From a virus (taxonomy: Duplodnaviria > Caudoviricetes), in the IMG/VR virus record IMGVR_UViG_3300032260_000008, positions 1 to 48,288 of that record: DNA of 48,288 nt; one strand, given 5' to 3'. The translations under genes were made by a program, and so were the position numbers. Shown here one piece after another: positions 10,301 through 19,291 of this stretch (positions are counted from its first letter, which is position 1; every line of letters starts with the position of its first letter). A model generated the notes under the pieces. The model was not told where the DNA came from and searched no databases. It was given only the letters and a program-made list of their open reading frames with translations.

Positions 10301-11264
10301 CGCAACGTACAACACTAGCGAGGCCGACGTTGATTTTAGAATAGCTTCGGACACATTGACAAATGCATTTTATTTGCAAGGTTCTGATGGTTATGTTGGC
10401 TTTAATACCAGCACACCGAACGCAACGATAGACGCAGAAGGAAACGGCGCTCTACTGCCAGCACCTAATGCAGCTTTGGCGGATGGTTCTTTTGCTGTTA
10501 GTCAATATTTGTTTTGGGTCGACGAAGTTAACGACGAAGTAGAATTTAAGGCGCGTGAATCGGGCGGTGGTTACATCAATCAGACTTTAGTGAGTACAAC
10601 TGGTACTCAAACACTCACTAACAAAAGCATCGTTGCAACGCAGATAAACAGCGGTACTTTGCCGGACGCACGGATTCAAGCGAGCGGTGTAACGCAACAT
10701 GAGAATTCAATTACATCGTTGGGAACATTGGATAATCTTGTTGTAACAGTTGCGGATACTGAAAACCAAACTGGTATTGTAATCAATCAGAACGATGTGA
10801 CAAATGATCCAATAGGTTTGAACGTCGTCAACACAGGCGACGGAAATTCGCTACAAATAAATACGGATGATTTTGTTGTTGACAGCATCGGAAATGTTGA
10901 TGTAGCCGGAAAACTAACGCCTCTTTATCTTACATCTTCAGACGAATATGATAATGGAAGTTGTTCAACTTCAGATACGATTGATTTTGCAAACGGAAAC
11001 AATCAGTACATCACTTTAACGGGCGCTTGTACTTTAACGATAACAATACCAACAGGTGGTGAGCCTTCCAAAATGACTTTAAGAGTCATTCAGGGCGGTA
11101 CAGGCAGTTACGAATTCACATACGCTGCGTCTGTTCGTTTCGCGGGCGGCGTGGCTCCCACACTAACAGATGCGGTGGGCGCAGAAGACTTGTTAGTTGT
11201 TGGTTCGACTGGGACTTTTGCTTATGTTGCGATGACTTTAGCGGATGTGAAAGTAGCACCATAG
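7326..11264 (+). CDS. 1312-aa fibre/adhesin-like protein with Sec signal peptide and His-rich 15-aa repeats
   Basis: MRLSKFFLSFLLISFVPLTGFA signal; fibre-type motifs LFVDSVSNEVGIGTVSPDATLDV and HNNLSGLQGG..EYYHLT; C-terminal IDFANGN..QGGTGS..FAGGVAPTLT; GAGG SD. Confidence 0.7.
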   Translation: MRLSKFFLSFLLISFVPLTGFAQYIYDDYARVSVPNVFAADNSFGGDLTVDTNVLFVDSVSNEVGIGTVSPDATLDVVGGATLLPGPSAVLPDGSFSNSQWMMWLDEGSDEFELRARKSDGTYISQTVGSGGGGGEANTASNAGSGISLFYQKVLADLEFNGIKSENGLLTVNLDGVSHDIEFTVNESLIDHDALTNTHNLTTDIDHDTVTNTHNLTTDIDHDALTNYVANEHTDHTSVSIGTVANTSGLTGGGDITATRNLSVDINGTTDLIGPDPLDELLLNDVSDSNTLKKADLASVLIQADHNTIVNNHNLTTDIDHDALTNTHNLTTDIDHDSLTNTHDLTTDINHNTILNNHNLTTDIDHDALTNYVANEHTDHTSVSIGTVANTSGLTGGGDITATRNLSVDIPGTTAETSITDDDEVLVYDTGVGLRSMTFANFTSGITSTDADAIHDNVASEISAVALKATPASGDFILVEDSEDSNNKKRITIGTLPTGGGGEANTASNAGSGISLFYQKNGIDLEFNGIKSENSLLTAFLDVVTHDIELTLNESLIDHDNLTNTHNLTTDIDHNQLTNTHNLTTSIDHNSITNTHNLTTDIDHDALTNYVADEHIDWTTDQSATNTIDLDNIEIAYIGTPTYDDIGDAYNLFGSAGLNSGGAITDAGGATIDVAAGTAFLRSSDSPVAQLYSFNFSAALGQAIPSDTVRYVGVEYNAGSPQVVISTTNDFNERDEFALGTVVNESGTLHVVNNPQMFADSVADIIHRFYDTDRFAYAKRIGGLVVGETGTRNLTLTAGELYDRTNEFEITAKDTSAADTFDSYYGLTKQGTGITQWDNANYNNAGTLTAIPNNQWANQFVFLEADDSLVLVYGTSTYSNSATAQNEGLPPTLPDRLLTHGIAIAQMTFQEGASSAAAIKNLLIDPTTGSLASTHNNLSGLQGGTTAEYYHLTSSEHTELSTWLDDVILSDGGSVNLGTGVITASGANIDGTATYNTSEADVDFRIASDTLTNAFYLQGSDGYVGFNTSTPNATIDAEGNGALLPAPNAALADGSFAVSQYLFWVDEVNDEVEFKARESGGGYINQTLVSTTGTQTLTNKSIVATQINSGTLPDARIQASGVTQHENSITSLGTLDNLVVTVADTENQTGIVINQNDVTNDPIGLNVVNTGDGNSLQINTDDFVVDSIGNVDVAGKLTPLYLTSSDEYDNGSCSTSDTIDFANGNNQYITLTGACTLTITIPTGGEPSKMTLRVIQGGTGSYEFTYAASVRFAGGVAPTLTDAVGAEDLLVVGSTGTFAYVAMTLADVKVAP
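8001..8555 (+). repeat. 123-bp exact direct repeat (8001-8123 and 8433-8555) within the fibre-like gene
   Basis: Nucleotide-identical copies 432 bp apart encoding TNYVANEHTDHTSVSIG...LSVDI. Confidence 0.9.
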
Positions 11265-11273
11265 GAGTAAAGT

Positions 11274-12656
11274 ATGTTTAGACTTACAAAAGCTCTTTTA
11301 ATTTTTGCGGTTTTAACTTTTTCGGTTCCTGCTTTTGCGGCAACTATTTTTTGTGACCCAAGCGCAACTGGAAATGATGATGGTACAAGTTGGGAAGACG
11401 CGTACGACGATTTACAAGTTGCTGTTGACGCGGGGGGAAGTGGTGACGAAGTTTGGGTTAAATCCCGTACTATCACAGTTTCCACGACAATAACTTTTGA
11501 CAACACAAACGTCATTTCCGTAATTGGGAGTTTCAGTAACGCCTTAACAGGGACGAACGGTAGTGTAGCAGGCCGTGATTTGTCAGGTGGGCCAACAACG
11601 GTTTTAGATGGTCAAAATACTACTAGGGTGGCCAACTCTAGTAACACAGTCACCTTGGATGGTATTAAATTTTTTGACGGCAACGCAACTACAGGTGCCA
11701 ACCTGTTAGTTGACGGCACTGGGAACACCACTACAATTAAAAATTGTGTTTTTGATTCTGGTTACACTACATCAGGCTCATCCGGTGGCGGTGGTATTTC
11801 GCTCATCTCACTTGAAACCATCATTATGGAAGATTCGATTGTTTCCAATAACGAATCATCGGCTTTTAATGGCGGTGGCGTGTATATAAACGCAGGAAAT
11901 TTTACTGCGACAGATTCTGAGTTTACAGGCAATACCGCCGATACTGTTGGTGGCGCTTTTTATGTAGGTACAACGGGTTCAACTGTTGTACTGACTGATT
12001 GCTTGGTCGATGACAATACGGCATCAACTGGCGGTGGCGGTTTTCAAATAGCCGGTGGCGACAACGATCACGTTTTTACTCGTGTTAAGTTCACAAATAA
12101 TGACGGTGCATACGGTGCGATTAGTAGTGTACGCGGTTTCAAAGCAATCAATTGTTTGTTTGCGGGCAACTCAGCCACGGCGGACGGTGGCGCAATTCGT
12201 TTATCAGGTGGAAGTGCGGACGCGGAATTAACAAACTGTACGATAGCTGACAACACTTGTGACACAGCGTCCAGGGGCGGCGGTATATTCGGGCAGTTTA
12301 GCGCTTCTGTGGTTTCCACAAATACAATACATTGGAACAATCTAGCAAACGGTGTTTCAAACGAAATACAAAACAGCGGCACAAACACGGTCACATATTG
12401 TGATGTGGAGGGTGGTTTTACGGGAACGGGAAACGTAAACGACGATCCGGAGTTTCTTGGAACTGGAAACGACCCTTACGACCTCGGTGCAACAAGTGAT
12501 TGCGTGGGCGGTGCTAATGAAAGCGCGACAGATTACCCAAGCACAGATATTTTGGGTCGGTCCAGGGTCGACGATGCGGATATCGGAGCGTATGAGTTGC
12601 AAGGCGAACCCCCCGAATTTAACGACGCAGTGCGGCTTTTAATGCTACCAATTTAA
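11274..12656 (+). CDS. Secreted right-handed beta-helix protein (pectin-lyase-like / Pmp-like repeats)
   Basis: Signal MFRLTKALLIFAVLTFSVPAFA; DGTSWEDAYDDLQ N-cap; GGA(I/F) and FxxN repeats; C-terminal DILGRSR..DIGAYE (choice-of-anchor-Q-like). Confidence 0.8.
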   Translation: MFRLTKALLIFAVLTFSVPAFAATIFCDPSATGNDDGTSWEDAYDDLQVAVDAGGSGDEVWVKSRTITVSTTITFDNTNVISVIGSFSNALTGTNGSVAGRDLSGGPTTVLDGQNTTRVANSSNTVTLDGIKFFDGNATTGANLLVDGTGNTTTIKNCVFDSGYTTSGSSGGGGISLISLETIIMEDSIVSNNESSAFNGGGVYINAGNFTATDSEFTGNTADTVGGAFYVGTTGSTVVLTDCLVDDNTASTGGGGFQIAGGDNDHVFTRVKFTNNDGAYGAISSVRGFKAINCLFAGNSATADGGAIRLSGGSADAELTNCTIADNTCDTASRGGGIFGQFSASVVSTNTIHWNNLANGVSNEIQNSGTNTVTYCDVEGGFTGTGNVNDDPEFLGTGNDPYDLGATSDCVGGANESATDYPSTDILGRSRVDDADIGAYELQGEPPEFNDAVRLLMLPI

Positions 12657-12707
12657 TATTTGAAGTTTTTAAGCCGATAGGATACAACAGAATAAAGGAC
12701 TATTTTT

Positions 12708-13847
12708 ATGTGGCTATTAGAATCTACAGTTAAAAAAGCAATTGAAGACGCGTTAGTGTCGAATTTCAATTTATCAGCAGAGCAGAAAGATAGTCTTGTT
12801 GCATCTGGTGCAGTGGGACAGGAAATGTCCGTACAAGGACAAACCGCAGTCATACCCATAAGGGGTGTTCTAACACAAGAGCGTGACTGGCTGGCTGCAT
12901 GGTTTGGTGGTGGTAACACTCTTTATTCAGACATTGCGGGTGGTATTGCAGAAGCGAATCAAGATGCAAGAGTAAAAGACATTGTACTAGATGTAAGTAC
13001 AAGCCCTGGTGGTAGTGTTTCAGGCCTCTATCCTATGATGGACGCAATTGAAAATTCAGAAAAGCCGATTTGTACAAGTGTTAGAGATTCCGCAGCTTCC
13101 GCAACTTTTATGGCCATTAGTCAAACGTCTGAAATAGTAGCTGAGCATAAAGGTGTACGAGTGGGTGGCGTAGGCGTTGTGGTGTCACACAATGTCAATG
13201 AGAACGTCAAAGAAATTGCAAGTGAAAAAGCGCCTTTGAAAAGGCCTGATGTATCAACCCCTGAGGGTGTTAAAGCAGTTCAAGGACATCTTAATGATGT
13301 ACATGCTTTGTATGTAGGTAGGGTTGCAAAGGGTCGTGGGACCACAGTAGCAAAAGTTAATTCCGATTTTGGACGCGGCGGTATGATGCTTGCAGAAGAC
13401 GCGCTAAAAAATGGGATGATTGATAAAATTGGAAGTATTAAAACAAAGACCGCCGTGAACACAAAAGGCGGAAAACAGGAGGCAAGGCACATGGATGTAA
13501 ATCAACTTCGTGCTGAGCACCCCGAGGTTTACGCAGCGGCGGTGCAAAAAGGCATAGACCAAGAGAGGGATCGGGTTGGCGCCCATCTCACTTTTGGTGA
13601 GAAAACGGGAGCCATGGAGATTGCGGTTAAGGCAGTCAAAGATGGTCAAGGTATGACAGCAACATTGCAAGCTGAATATCTGACTGAAGGGCTCAAACTT
13701 AAAGACATTGGCGCCCGTGACGCTGACAACCCAGACGTTGGAACAACCCCAGCCCCTAAAGATGACAAAGTCAACAAGGGGGAACAGGTAGCAATGTTGG
13801 TTGGTGAGATGTTGGGCTTAGACCCTGATGAGGGGGGTGCCAAGTGA
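12708..13847 (+). CDS. Prohead protease (S49/SppA-like, lambda gpC type) with scaffold-like C-terminus
   Basis: SPGGSV, SAASA, VGGVGV, ALKNGMIDKI motifs. Confidence 0.9.
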   Translation: MWLLESTVKKAIEDALVSNFNLSAEQKDSLVASGAVGQEMSVQGQTAVIPIRGVLTQERDWLAAWFGGGNTLYSDIAGGIAEANQDARVKDIVLDVSTSPGGSVSGLYPMMDAIENSEKPICTSVRDSAASATFMAISQTSEIVAEHKGVRVGGVGVVVSHNVNENVKEIASEKAPLKRPDVSTPEGVKAVQGHLNDVHALYVGRVAKGRGTTVAKVNSDFGRGGMMLAEDALKNGMIDKIGSIKTKTAVNTKGGKQEARHMDVNQLRAEHPEVYAAAVQKGIDQERDRVGAHLTFGEKTGAMEIAVKAVKDGQGMTATLQAEYLTEGLKLKDIGARDADNPDVGTTPAPKDDKVNKGEQVAMLVGEMLGLDPDEGGAK

Positions 13848-14233
13848 GCAACCTTACGATCACAAACAACGACATGGGCGGAGTAGTCTACGAAGCCGGG
13901 GACTATTCCGACGAAACGTACACTGCAGCTGGTGCTGGAACTACTCCAGCGGGAACCATTTTAGCTAGGATTACAGCCACCGGAAAGGTGGTTGATTATG
14001 ATCCAGCGGGTGCAGCTGGTGCAGAAATACCTAAATTAGTTCTTACTTACCCTGTAGTGGCAGCAGGGGCAGGGGATATTGCTATTCGCGCTTTGAAGAG
14101 TGGCAAGGTTGTTCAAGAAGACCTTATCGTTACTGGCGTGGGTGACCCTACAGTAGCAGAACTAGATCAACTTCGAGATTTCACACTAATCTCCAAAACC
14201 GTTCAAGAATTAAATATTCTGGACAATCAATAG
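13844..14233 (+). CDS. Head decoration protein (gpD-like)
   Basis: AGTILARITATGK motif; between protease and capsid. Confidence 0.75.
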   Translation: MSNLTITNNDMGGVVYEAGDYSDETYTAAGAGTTPAGTILARITATGKVVDYDPAGAAGAEIPKLVLTYPVVAAGAGDIAIRALKSGKVVQEDLIVTGVGDPTVAELDQLRDFTLISKTVQELNILDNQ

Positions 14234-14242
14234 GGGGATATT

Positions 14243-15316
14243 GTGGACACAGCTACATCAAAAATGATCAGAATGTATCTGCAGCAAGCGCAGACACAAC
14301 TCTTCCTTTCCTCAAAATTCCAAGCTCCGCCTGAAAATTTCTATAAGTCTGAGTACGTAGGAATTGACATTGAGCGAAGTGACGAGGACATTGCGATAGC
14401 AATTCAAGATATGTCTGCGGGTTATCGTGATAACTCCGGGGACATCTACACAAACAAGCGTTTTAAAGCACCCGTTTTCAAGGAAAAACTTGCATTGAAT
14501 GCATTTGATCTTATGAACAGAGTGCCAGGAAAACACACTTATGAAGATCCTGAATTCCAAGCAACGGCTATTGCTCAATCCTACAAAGGCTTTAGAAAGA
14601 TTGAGAACAAAATTAGGCGTGCTATTGAATTGCAGGCGTCTCAAATTCTGCAAACCGGTACAGTGTCTTTGACAAATGCTGCGGGTGACGTGTTGTACAC
14701 GATTGACTACAAACCAAAGGCTACCCACTTCCCTACAGCGGGTACTGCATGGAACGCAGTGGGTGCAACTATTACGGATGACATTCTAGCCTTGGCAGAA
14801 GTGAACCGCGACGATGGCTTGATGGACTCGGATGAAATTCTGATGGGTCAAGGTTCGTACGAGGTGGCTATTCAGGATACAACTTTTCTAGCACGTTTTG
14901 ACAACCGCAGAGTTTCTAACGGTTCTTTGACAGAGTTCACACCTAGAAACGATGGTTCTTACTATCGTGGTCGCATCACTATCGGAAACTATGGGTTTGA
15001 TGTATTTACCTACAATGGCAGATATAAAGACCCAGCAACGGGAGCAAAAATTAAGTATCTTGCAGACGATAAAGTAGTTGTCAGATCCTCTATGGGTCGC
15101 CTTGACGCTACCTTTGGCGCAATACCTAAGTTCGCTCCTATGGACGCCGCAGTACTGCCCTTCTTACCCGGTAGGGTATCAGGCAGTAACATTGACTTGC
15201 ATATGAACGCCTGGTTCTCTGATGACAGAGAGCAGTTCTTTGCAGGGCTTGGCGCTCGTCCGTTGTTGATTCCTACTGCCATTGATACCTACGGGTGTTT
15301 AGACACAGGAATCTAG
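14243..15316 (+). CDS. Major capsid protein (lambda gpE family)
   Basis: 357 aa; RRAIELQASQILQTG, IDY, C-terminal RPLLIP; position. Confidence 0.9.
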   Translation: MDTATSKMIRMYLQQAQTQLFLSSKFQAPPENFYKSEYVGIDIERSDEDIAIAIQDMSAGYRDNSGDIYTNKRFKAPVFKEKLALNAFDLMNRVPGKHTYEDPEFQATAIAQSYKGFRKIENKIRRAIELQASQILQTGTVSLTNAAGDVLYTIDYKPKATHFPTAGTAWNAVGATITDDILALAEVNRDDGLMDSDEILMGQGSYEVAIQDTTFLARFDNRRVSNGSLTEFTPRNDGSYYRGRITIGNYGFDVFTYNGRYKDPATGAKIKYLADDKVVVRSSMGRLDATFGAIPKFAPMDAAVLPFLPGRVSGSNIDLHMNAWFSDDREQFFAGLGARPLLIPTAIDTYGCLDTGI

Positions 15317-15327
15317 AACTTTAAGTT

Positions 15328-15358
15328 AGCCGGGTTCACGCCCGGCTTGCTTCTTTTC
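15328..15358 (+). terminator. Intrinsic terminator after the capsid gene
   Basis: AGCCGGG-TTCACG-CCCGGCT stem followed by TGCTTCTTTTC. Confidence 0.75.
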
Positions 15359-15394
15359 GTAAAACAAAATTGTTTTTAGAGGGGTAGGAATAAA

Positions 15395-15610
15395 ATGGGT
15401 AAAAAAGATACGGAAGTAATACTAGGTCCAAAAGAGACCAAAAAACCTAATAAGGTTAAAAGGCCTCCTTACTATGTCTCTGAGGGTGTTGCTATAACCA
15501 GTAAAAAAGGCATTCTAGGACCGGGTAAAGAGGTTAAAGCTGAGTATTTCCCGAACGGTGAAAAGACTCTCAAGGAACTTGTTGAAAAAGAACTTGTGGA
15601 GAAAAACTAA
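15395..15610 (+). CDS. Small basic hypothetical protein (lambda gpFI position)
   Basis: 71-aa Lys-rich ORF with AGGA SD after the capsid gene. Confidence 0.6.
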   Translation: MGKKDTEVILGPKETKKPNKVKRPPYYVSEGVAITSKKGILGPGKEVKAEYFPNGEKTLKELVEKELVEKN

Positions 15611-15613
15611 ACG

Positions 15614-15994
15614 ATGGGTTTACGTAGTGAAGCAGAAGAGGATCTAGCTGAAATTCTCGAAGAAGAAGAGGATTTCGGTTGGACCATCTCATTAACCGAT
15701 CCCGATGGTTTGAATAGCTCTTTTGTAGGATATTCAAACGACATAGGGCAAGTCATCAATGTTGACACAGGTATGGTCGTTAGTGGTCGTACCGCTTCTG
15801 TGACACTACGTATCTCAACCCTCATTACGGCGGGTTTCTCCATGCCGCAAGCGATTGAAGATTCGACAAAAAAACCTTGGTTAGTTTCATTCGACGACAT
15901 CAACGGAGTCACTTACACTTTTAAAATATCAAGCTCACAGCCTGATAGGGCGTTGGGAGTTGTTTTTTGTGAATTGGAGTTGTACCAACCATGA
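15614..15994 (+). CDS. Head closure / head-tail adaptor protein
   Basis: Position and size; beta-rich. Confidence 0.55.
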   Translation: MGLRSEAEEDLAEILEEEEDFGWTISLTDPDGLNSSFVGYSNDIGQVINVDTGMVVSGRTASVTLRISTLITAGFSMPQAIEDSTKKPWLVSFDDINGVTYTFKISSSQPDRALGVVFCELELYQP

Positions 15995-16656
15995 TAACCC
16001 AACTCATAGACAAACAGGATACTTTTGAAATTGTGCGTGATAAAGTTGCTTTAATTCTGGCTAATGAAGTCGCGAGTCAAATGGCGTTGGCAGTGGGAGA
16101 GGGTAAAGACCCTGCTTTGTGGGACCTTAGAATTTACACAGAGCGTGCAAATAACTGGGAACAGTGGTTAAACTCCACATCAGATCAGGCACCCATTGTA
16201 AATATTTGGTATGAAACTTCTAATTTTGACGCGCCAGCTAGTAATATTTCAGAGCGTCAAAAAGCGGATGCGGTATTCAATATTGATTGTTATGGGTTTG
16301 GTATTAGTGCGGATGTTGCGGGTGGTGGGCACAGCCCAGGTGATAAGGCCGCCGCCTCAAATGCACAAAGGGCCAACCGTTTAGTTAGAAACATTTTGAT
16401 GAGCGCGGAATACGCCTTCTTAGGTTTGAGAAAGACGGTCTGGAGTAGATGGATCCCATCTATCACGATGTTTCAACCTGAGATTGGTGGTAATCCCATT
16501 CAACAGATTATGGGGTCTCGTTTAGTATTAAGTGTTGCTTTTAATGAGTATTCACCACAGTATGAACCGGAAACGCTCGAAGAGGTTCATATTGATATTA
16601 AGAGAAAAGAAGACGGGCAAGTTATAGCCGAAGTAGAATTCGACTATACCACATAG
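15991..16656 (+). CDS. Tail terminator / neck protein
   Basis: Directly upstream of the sheath; ATGA coupling. Confidence 0.55.
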   Translation: MITQLIDKQDTFEIVRDKVALILANEVASQMALAVGEGKDPALWDLRIYTERANNWEQWLNSTSDQAPIVNIWYETSNFDAPASNISERQKADAVFNIDCYGFGISADVAGGGHSPGDKAAASNAQRANRLVRNILMSAEYAFLGLRKTVWSRWIPSITMFQPEIGGNPIQQIMGSRLVLSVAFNEYSPQYEPETLEEVHIDIKRKEDGQVIAEVEFDYTT

Positions 16657-16666
16657 GAGTATAAAA

Positions 16667-18175
16667 ATGACAATTAGCACAGCTATAGACCAATCAGCGA
16701 TAGCTAGGGTTGTTGGCATAAAAACAACGTATGTCAATCTAAGCGGTGCGGCTACGGTATTCTTGCCCATGCGAATTGCGGTTATTGGTCAAGGATCCAC
16801 AGCGTCTACATACAGCTTAGATAAAGTACAAGTTTTGTCAGCACAACAAGCGGGTTCCACATTTGGTTTTGGTTCGCCAATCCATTTGGCTTGCCTACAG
16901 CTATTGCCACCTAACGGGGACGGGGTGGGCACTGTACCAGTTACCGTTTATCCGTTAGAAGATGCAGCAACGGGTGTGGCGGCAACGGGGACCATTACAC
17001 CCGCAGGTTTACCAGCGGTTGAGAGTGGTTCATACAAAGTTGTTATAAACAACATTGAGTCGGAATCATTCGTCGTAGTGGTAGCTGACACAGTGGCGAC
17101 ACTTACAGCCAAAATGACAACCGCGATTAATGCAGTTCCTGAAATGCCTGTTATTGCAGTGGACGGTACCACAGTGGTTAACCTTACTTCGAAATGGGCA
17201 GGCGTTAGCGCGAACGACATTTATGCAGAAGTTACAGGCGATACTGTGACAGGTGCTACTTTTGCGATAGTTCAGTTGTCAGGTGGTTTAGTAGACCCGG
17301 AGACAGCCGAAGTGGAAGACGCACTTGCACAGGTTGGCAATGTTTGGGAAAATCTTTTCCTGAATTGTTTCAATGTTTCCAACACAACCATTATGGATAC
17401 GTTGGTGACATTTGCCGAAGGTAAATGGGGTGCTTTGAACCATCAACCTCTGATGGCCTTCTATGGTAATTCTGAGGCAACTGTGGCAACTGCAATTGCT
17501 ACACCAGACTCAAGAAAAACGGATAGGACAAATTGTCAATTGGTGGCACCTGGGTCTAACGATCTTCCCCTAGTTATCGCTGCACGACAGTTGGCTAGAA
17601 TCGCCCCAATTGCGAACAACAACCCCCCTCAAGATTATGCAGGGCAACAGGCAACGGGATTGACCCCCGGTCTTGATAGTGTTCAATGGGATTATTTGTC
17701 TAGGGACACTGTAGTTAAAGGTGGTAGTTCAACGGTAGAAATTAGCGACGGTGTTGTTGAAATGTCTGACACTGTTACTTTCTACCATCCAACAGGTGAG
17801 TCAAACCCGCCGTATCGTTTCGTCAACGACCAAATAAAAGTGTGGAATGTTATTTTTAACGCCCATCTTATTTTTGCTGCGGACGAATGGAAAGGCGCAC
17901 CTTTAATTCCCGATGATCAACCAACTGCAAATAGAACGGCTAAAAAGCCTAAACATGCTAAAGCGGCTATTGCACAAATGATTGATAATTTAGCTTTGGA
18001 TTCTATTCTTAGCGATCCTAAAACGGCTAAAGAGTCAATACAAGCAGGTATCAGCACAACCAACCCTAGACGGTTGGACATTGCTTTTACGGTTCAAATT
18101 GCGGGTAATACCGGAATTATTTCTATTGACTTTAACTGGGGCTTTTACTTCGGTACCGCCCAAGCAGTAGCATAA
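16667..18175 (+). CDS. Contractile tail sheath protein (Mu gpL-like)
   Basis: IAVIGQ, FGFGSPIH, LTSKWAG, NPRRLDI motifs; 502 aa. Confidence 0.9.
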   Translation: MTISTAIDQSAIARVVGIKTTYVNLSGAATVFLPMRIAVIGQGSTASTYSLDKVQVLSAQQAGSTFGFGSPIHLACLQLLPPNGDGVGTVPVTVYPLEDAATGVAATGTITPAGLPAVESGSYKVVINNIESESFVVVVADTVATLTAKMTTAINAVPEMPVIAVDGTTVVNLTSKWAGVSANDIYAEVTGDTVTGATFAIVQLSGGLVDPETAEVEDALAQVGNVWENLFLNCFNVSNTTIMDTLVTFAEGKWGALNHQPLMAFYGNSEATVATAIATPDSRKTDRTNCQLVAPGSNDLPLVIAARQLARIAPIANNNPPQDYAGQQATGLTPGLDSVQWDYLSRDTVVKGGSSTVEISDGVVEMSDTVTFYHPTGESNPPYRFVNDQIKVWNVIFNAHLIFAADEWKGAPLIPDDQPTANRTAKKPKHAKAAIAQMIDNLALDSILSDPKTAKESIQAGISTTNPRRLDIAFTVQIAGNTGIISIDFNWGFYFGTAQAVA

Positions 18176-18187
18176 AAGGAGACAGTC

Positions 18188-18571
18188 ATGGGAGCAACAG
18201 GTGGTAGCCCAATAGCAGTATCCATGAACGGTAGAGAATTCCCCGCGTCCGCAGATGCCGAAGGGCAACGGAAATTAGGCGGATGGGAAAACGAAATTGA
18301 GGCCAATGGAGATGGCACGGCCCGGATAGTTAAAACGAGAGTTCCTTGGATGCTCACGGGAATAACTATCGAGATAGACGATGACAGAGGGGATCATGAG
18401 TTCGTACAAGATTTGGCAGATACTAAAGCGTATTTCCCATTTACTGTAGAGCTAGCTTCAGGCAAAGTTTACCAAGGCACGGGTCAAGTCACGGGTGAGA
18501 TCAATTTCAATACTAAAAACTCAACCGCTGGTTTGGCATTCGGTGGCCAAAACAAGTTAACACCACAGTAA
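18188..18571 (+). CDS. Tail tube protein
   Basis: 127 aa right after the sheath; TVELASGKVYQG Mu-tube-like motif. Confidence 0.85.
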   Translation: MGATGGSPIAVSMNGREFPASADAEGQRKLGGWENEIEANGDGTARIVKTRVPWMLTGITIEIDDDRGDHEFVQDLADTKAYFPFTVELASGKVYQGTGQVTGEINFNTKNSTAGLAFGGQNKLTPQ

Positions 18572-18588
18572 AAAACCGGGGGCTAATT

Positions 18589-18657
18589 GTGCGCTGACGG
18601 GGCACGCCCCCTATCCCCATCGCGAAAAGTCAGCGCACCTTTATTTTCTAATAGGGA
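18589..18657 (+). promoter_or_regulatory. Structured intergenic RNA element (attenuator or translational control)
   Basis: 10-bp perfect stem GTGCGCTGAC/GTCAGCGCAC with nested GGGGC/GCCCC hairpin and U-rich tail; loop CCCTAT is complementary to ATAGGG at the downstream SD. Confidence 0.5.
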
Positions 18658-18665
18658 GCGATGAC

Positions 18666-19079
18666 ATGACAGACGAAACAAGAAACAAAATTGACGACAA
18701 AGAAACGGCACAAGCTGAATTCGAGCGGTTCGCAGAAGCGATGCGCATTGATTTGGACATTGAAGACTTAGACGAAAATGATGTGAGGGATCTTAGAATT
18801 GATCAGAGGGTTGTGATTAAATCCATTATGGAAGGTCGTATTGTTATTGATGAACAGGGGATAGCTACTTTTTTCCCGGAAGGTTGTGACTCTGTGACTT
18901 TTCGTAAAGCAAAAACCACTGCCATCATTGCAACAGACAAAAAGAAACAAACGGCTAAAATGGCGCAAACTCTTGCGATACTTGCGGACTTGACCGGGAA
19001 GCCTTCGACCATATTCCACAAGTGGGATCATGCGGACTTTAAGATAGCGTCTTCAGTGATGAATCTTTTTTTAGTCTGA
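18666..19079 (+). CDS. Tail assembly chaperone (G-like)
   Basis: Between tube and tape measure; ends at slippery T TTT TTA (19067-19073). Confidence 0.8.
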   Translation: MTDETRNKIDDKETAQAEFERFAEAMRIDLDIEDLDENDVRDLRIDQRVVIKSIMEGRIVIDEQGIATFFPEGCDSVTFRKAKTTAIIATDKKKQTAKMAQTLAILADLTGKPSTIFHKWDHADFKIASSVMNLFLV

Positions 19080-19291
19080 CAAGGGCGGTATTAGTTCGTG
19101 ACGGGGAAGATTGCAAACTTCCCGGCATGGAAAATACAGCCCCGGTCGTTTATAGGGAGATGATTTTTCAAATTTGTCGTGATTATTCTGGACTACCAGA
19201 CGTAAGAACGCTTAACATAGATGAGATAGAATTTTTTTATGACGGCCTAAGGCCAGAATTACAAAGGAACACGAAGCCCAATGCCAGCTGA
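19067..19291 (+). CDS. -1 frameshift extension of the tail chaperone (T part of G-T)
   Basis: -1 frame is open from the slippery heptamer to TGA at 19289-19291 (..LVRDGEDCKLPG..QICRDYSGLPDVRTL..FFYDGLRPEL..); absent from the ORF track. Confidence 0.75.
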   Translation, partial: FFSLTRAVLVRDGEDCKLPGMENTAPVVYREMIFQICRDYSGLPDVRTLNIDEIEFFYDGLRPELQRNTKPNAS

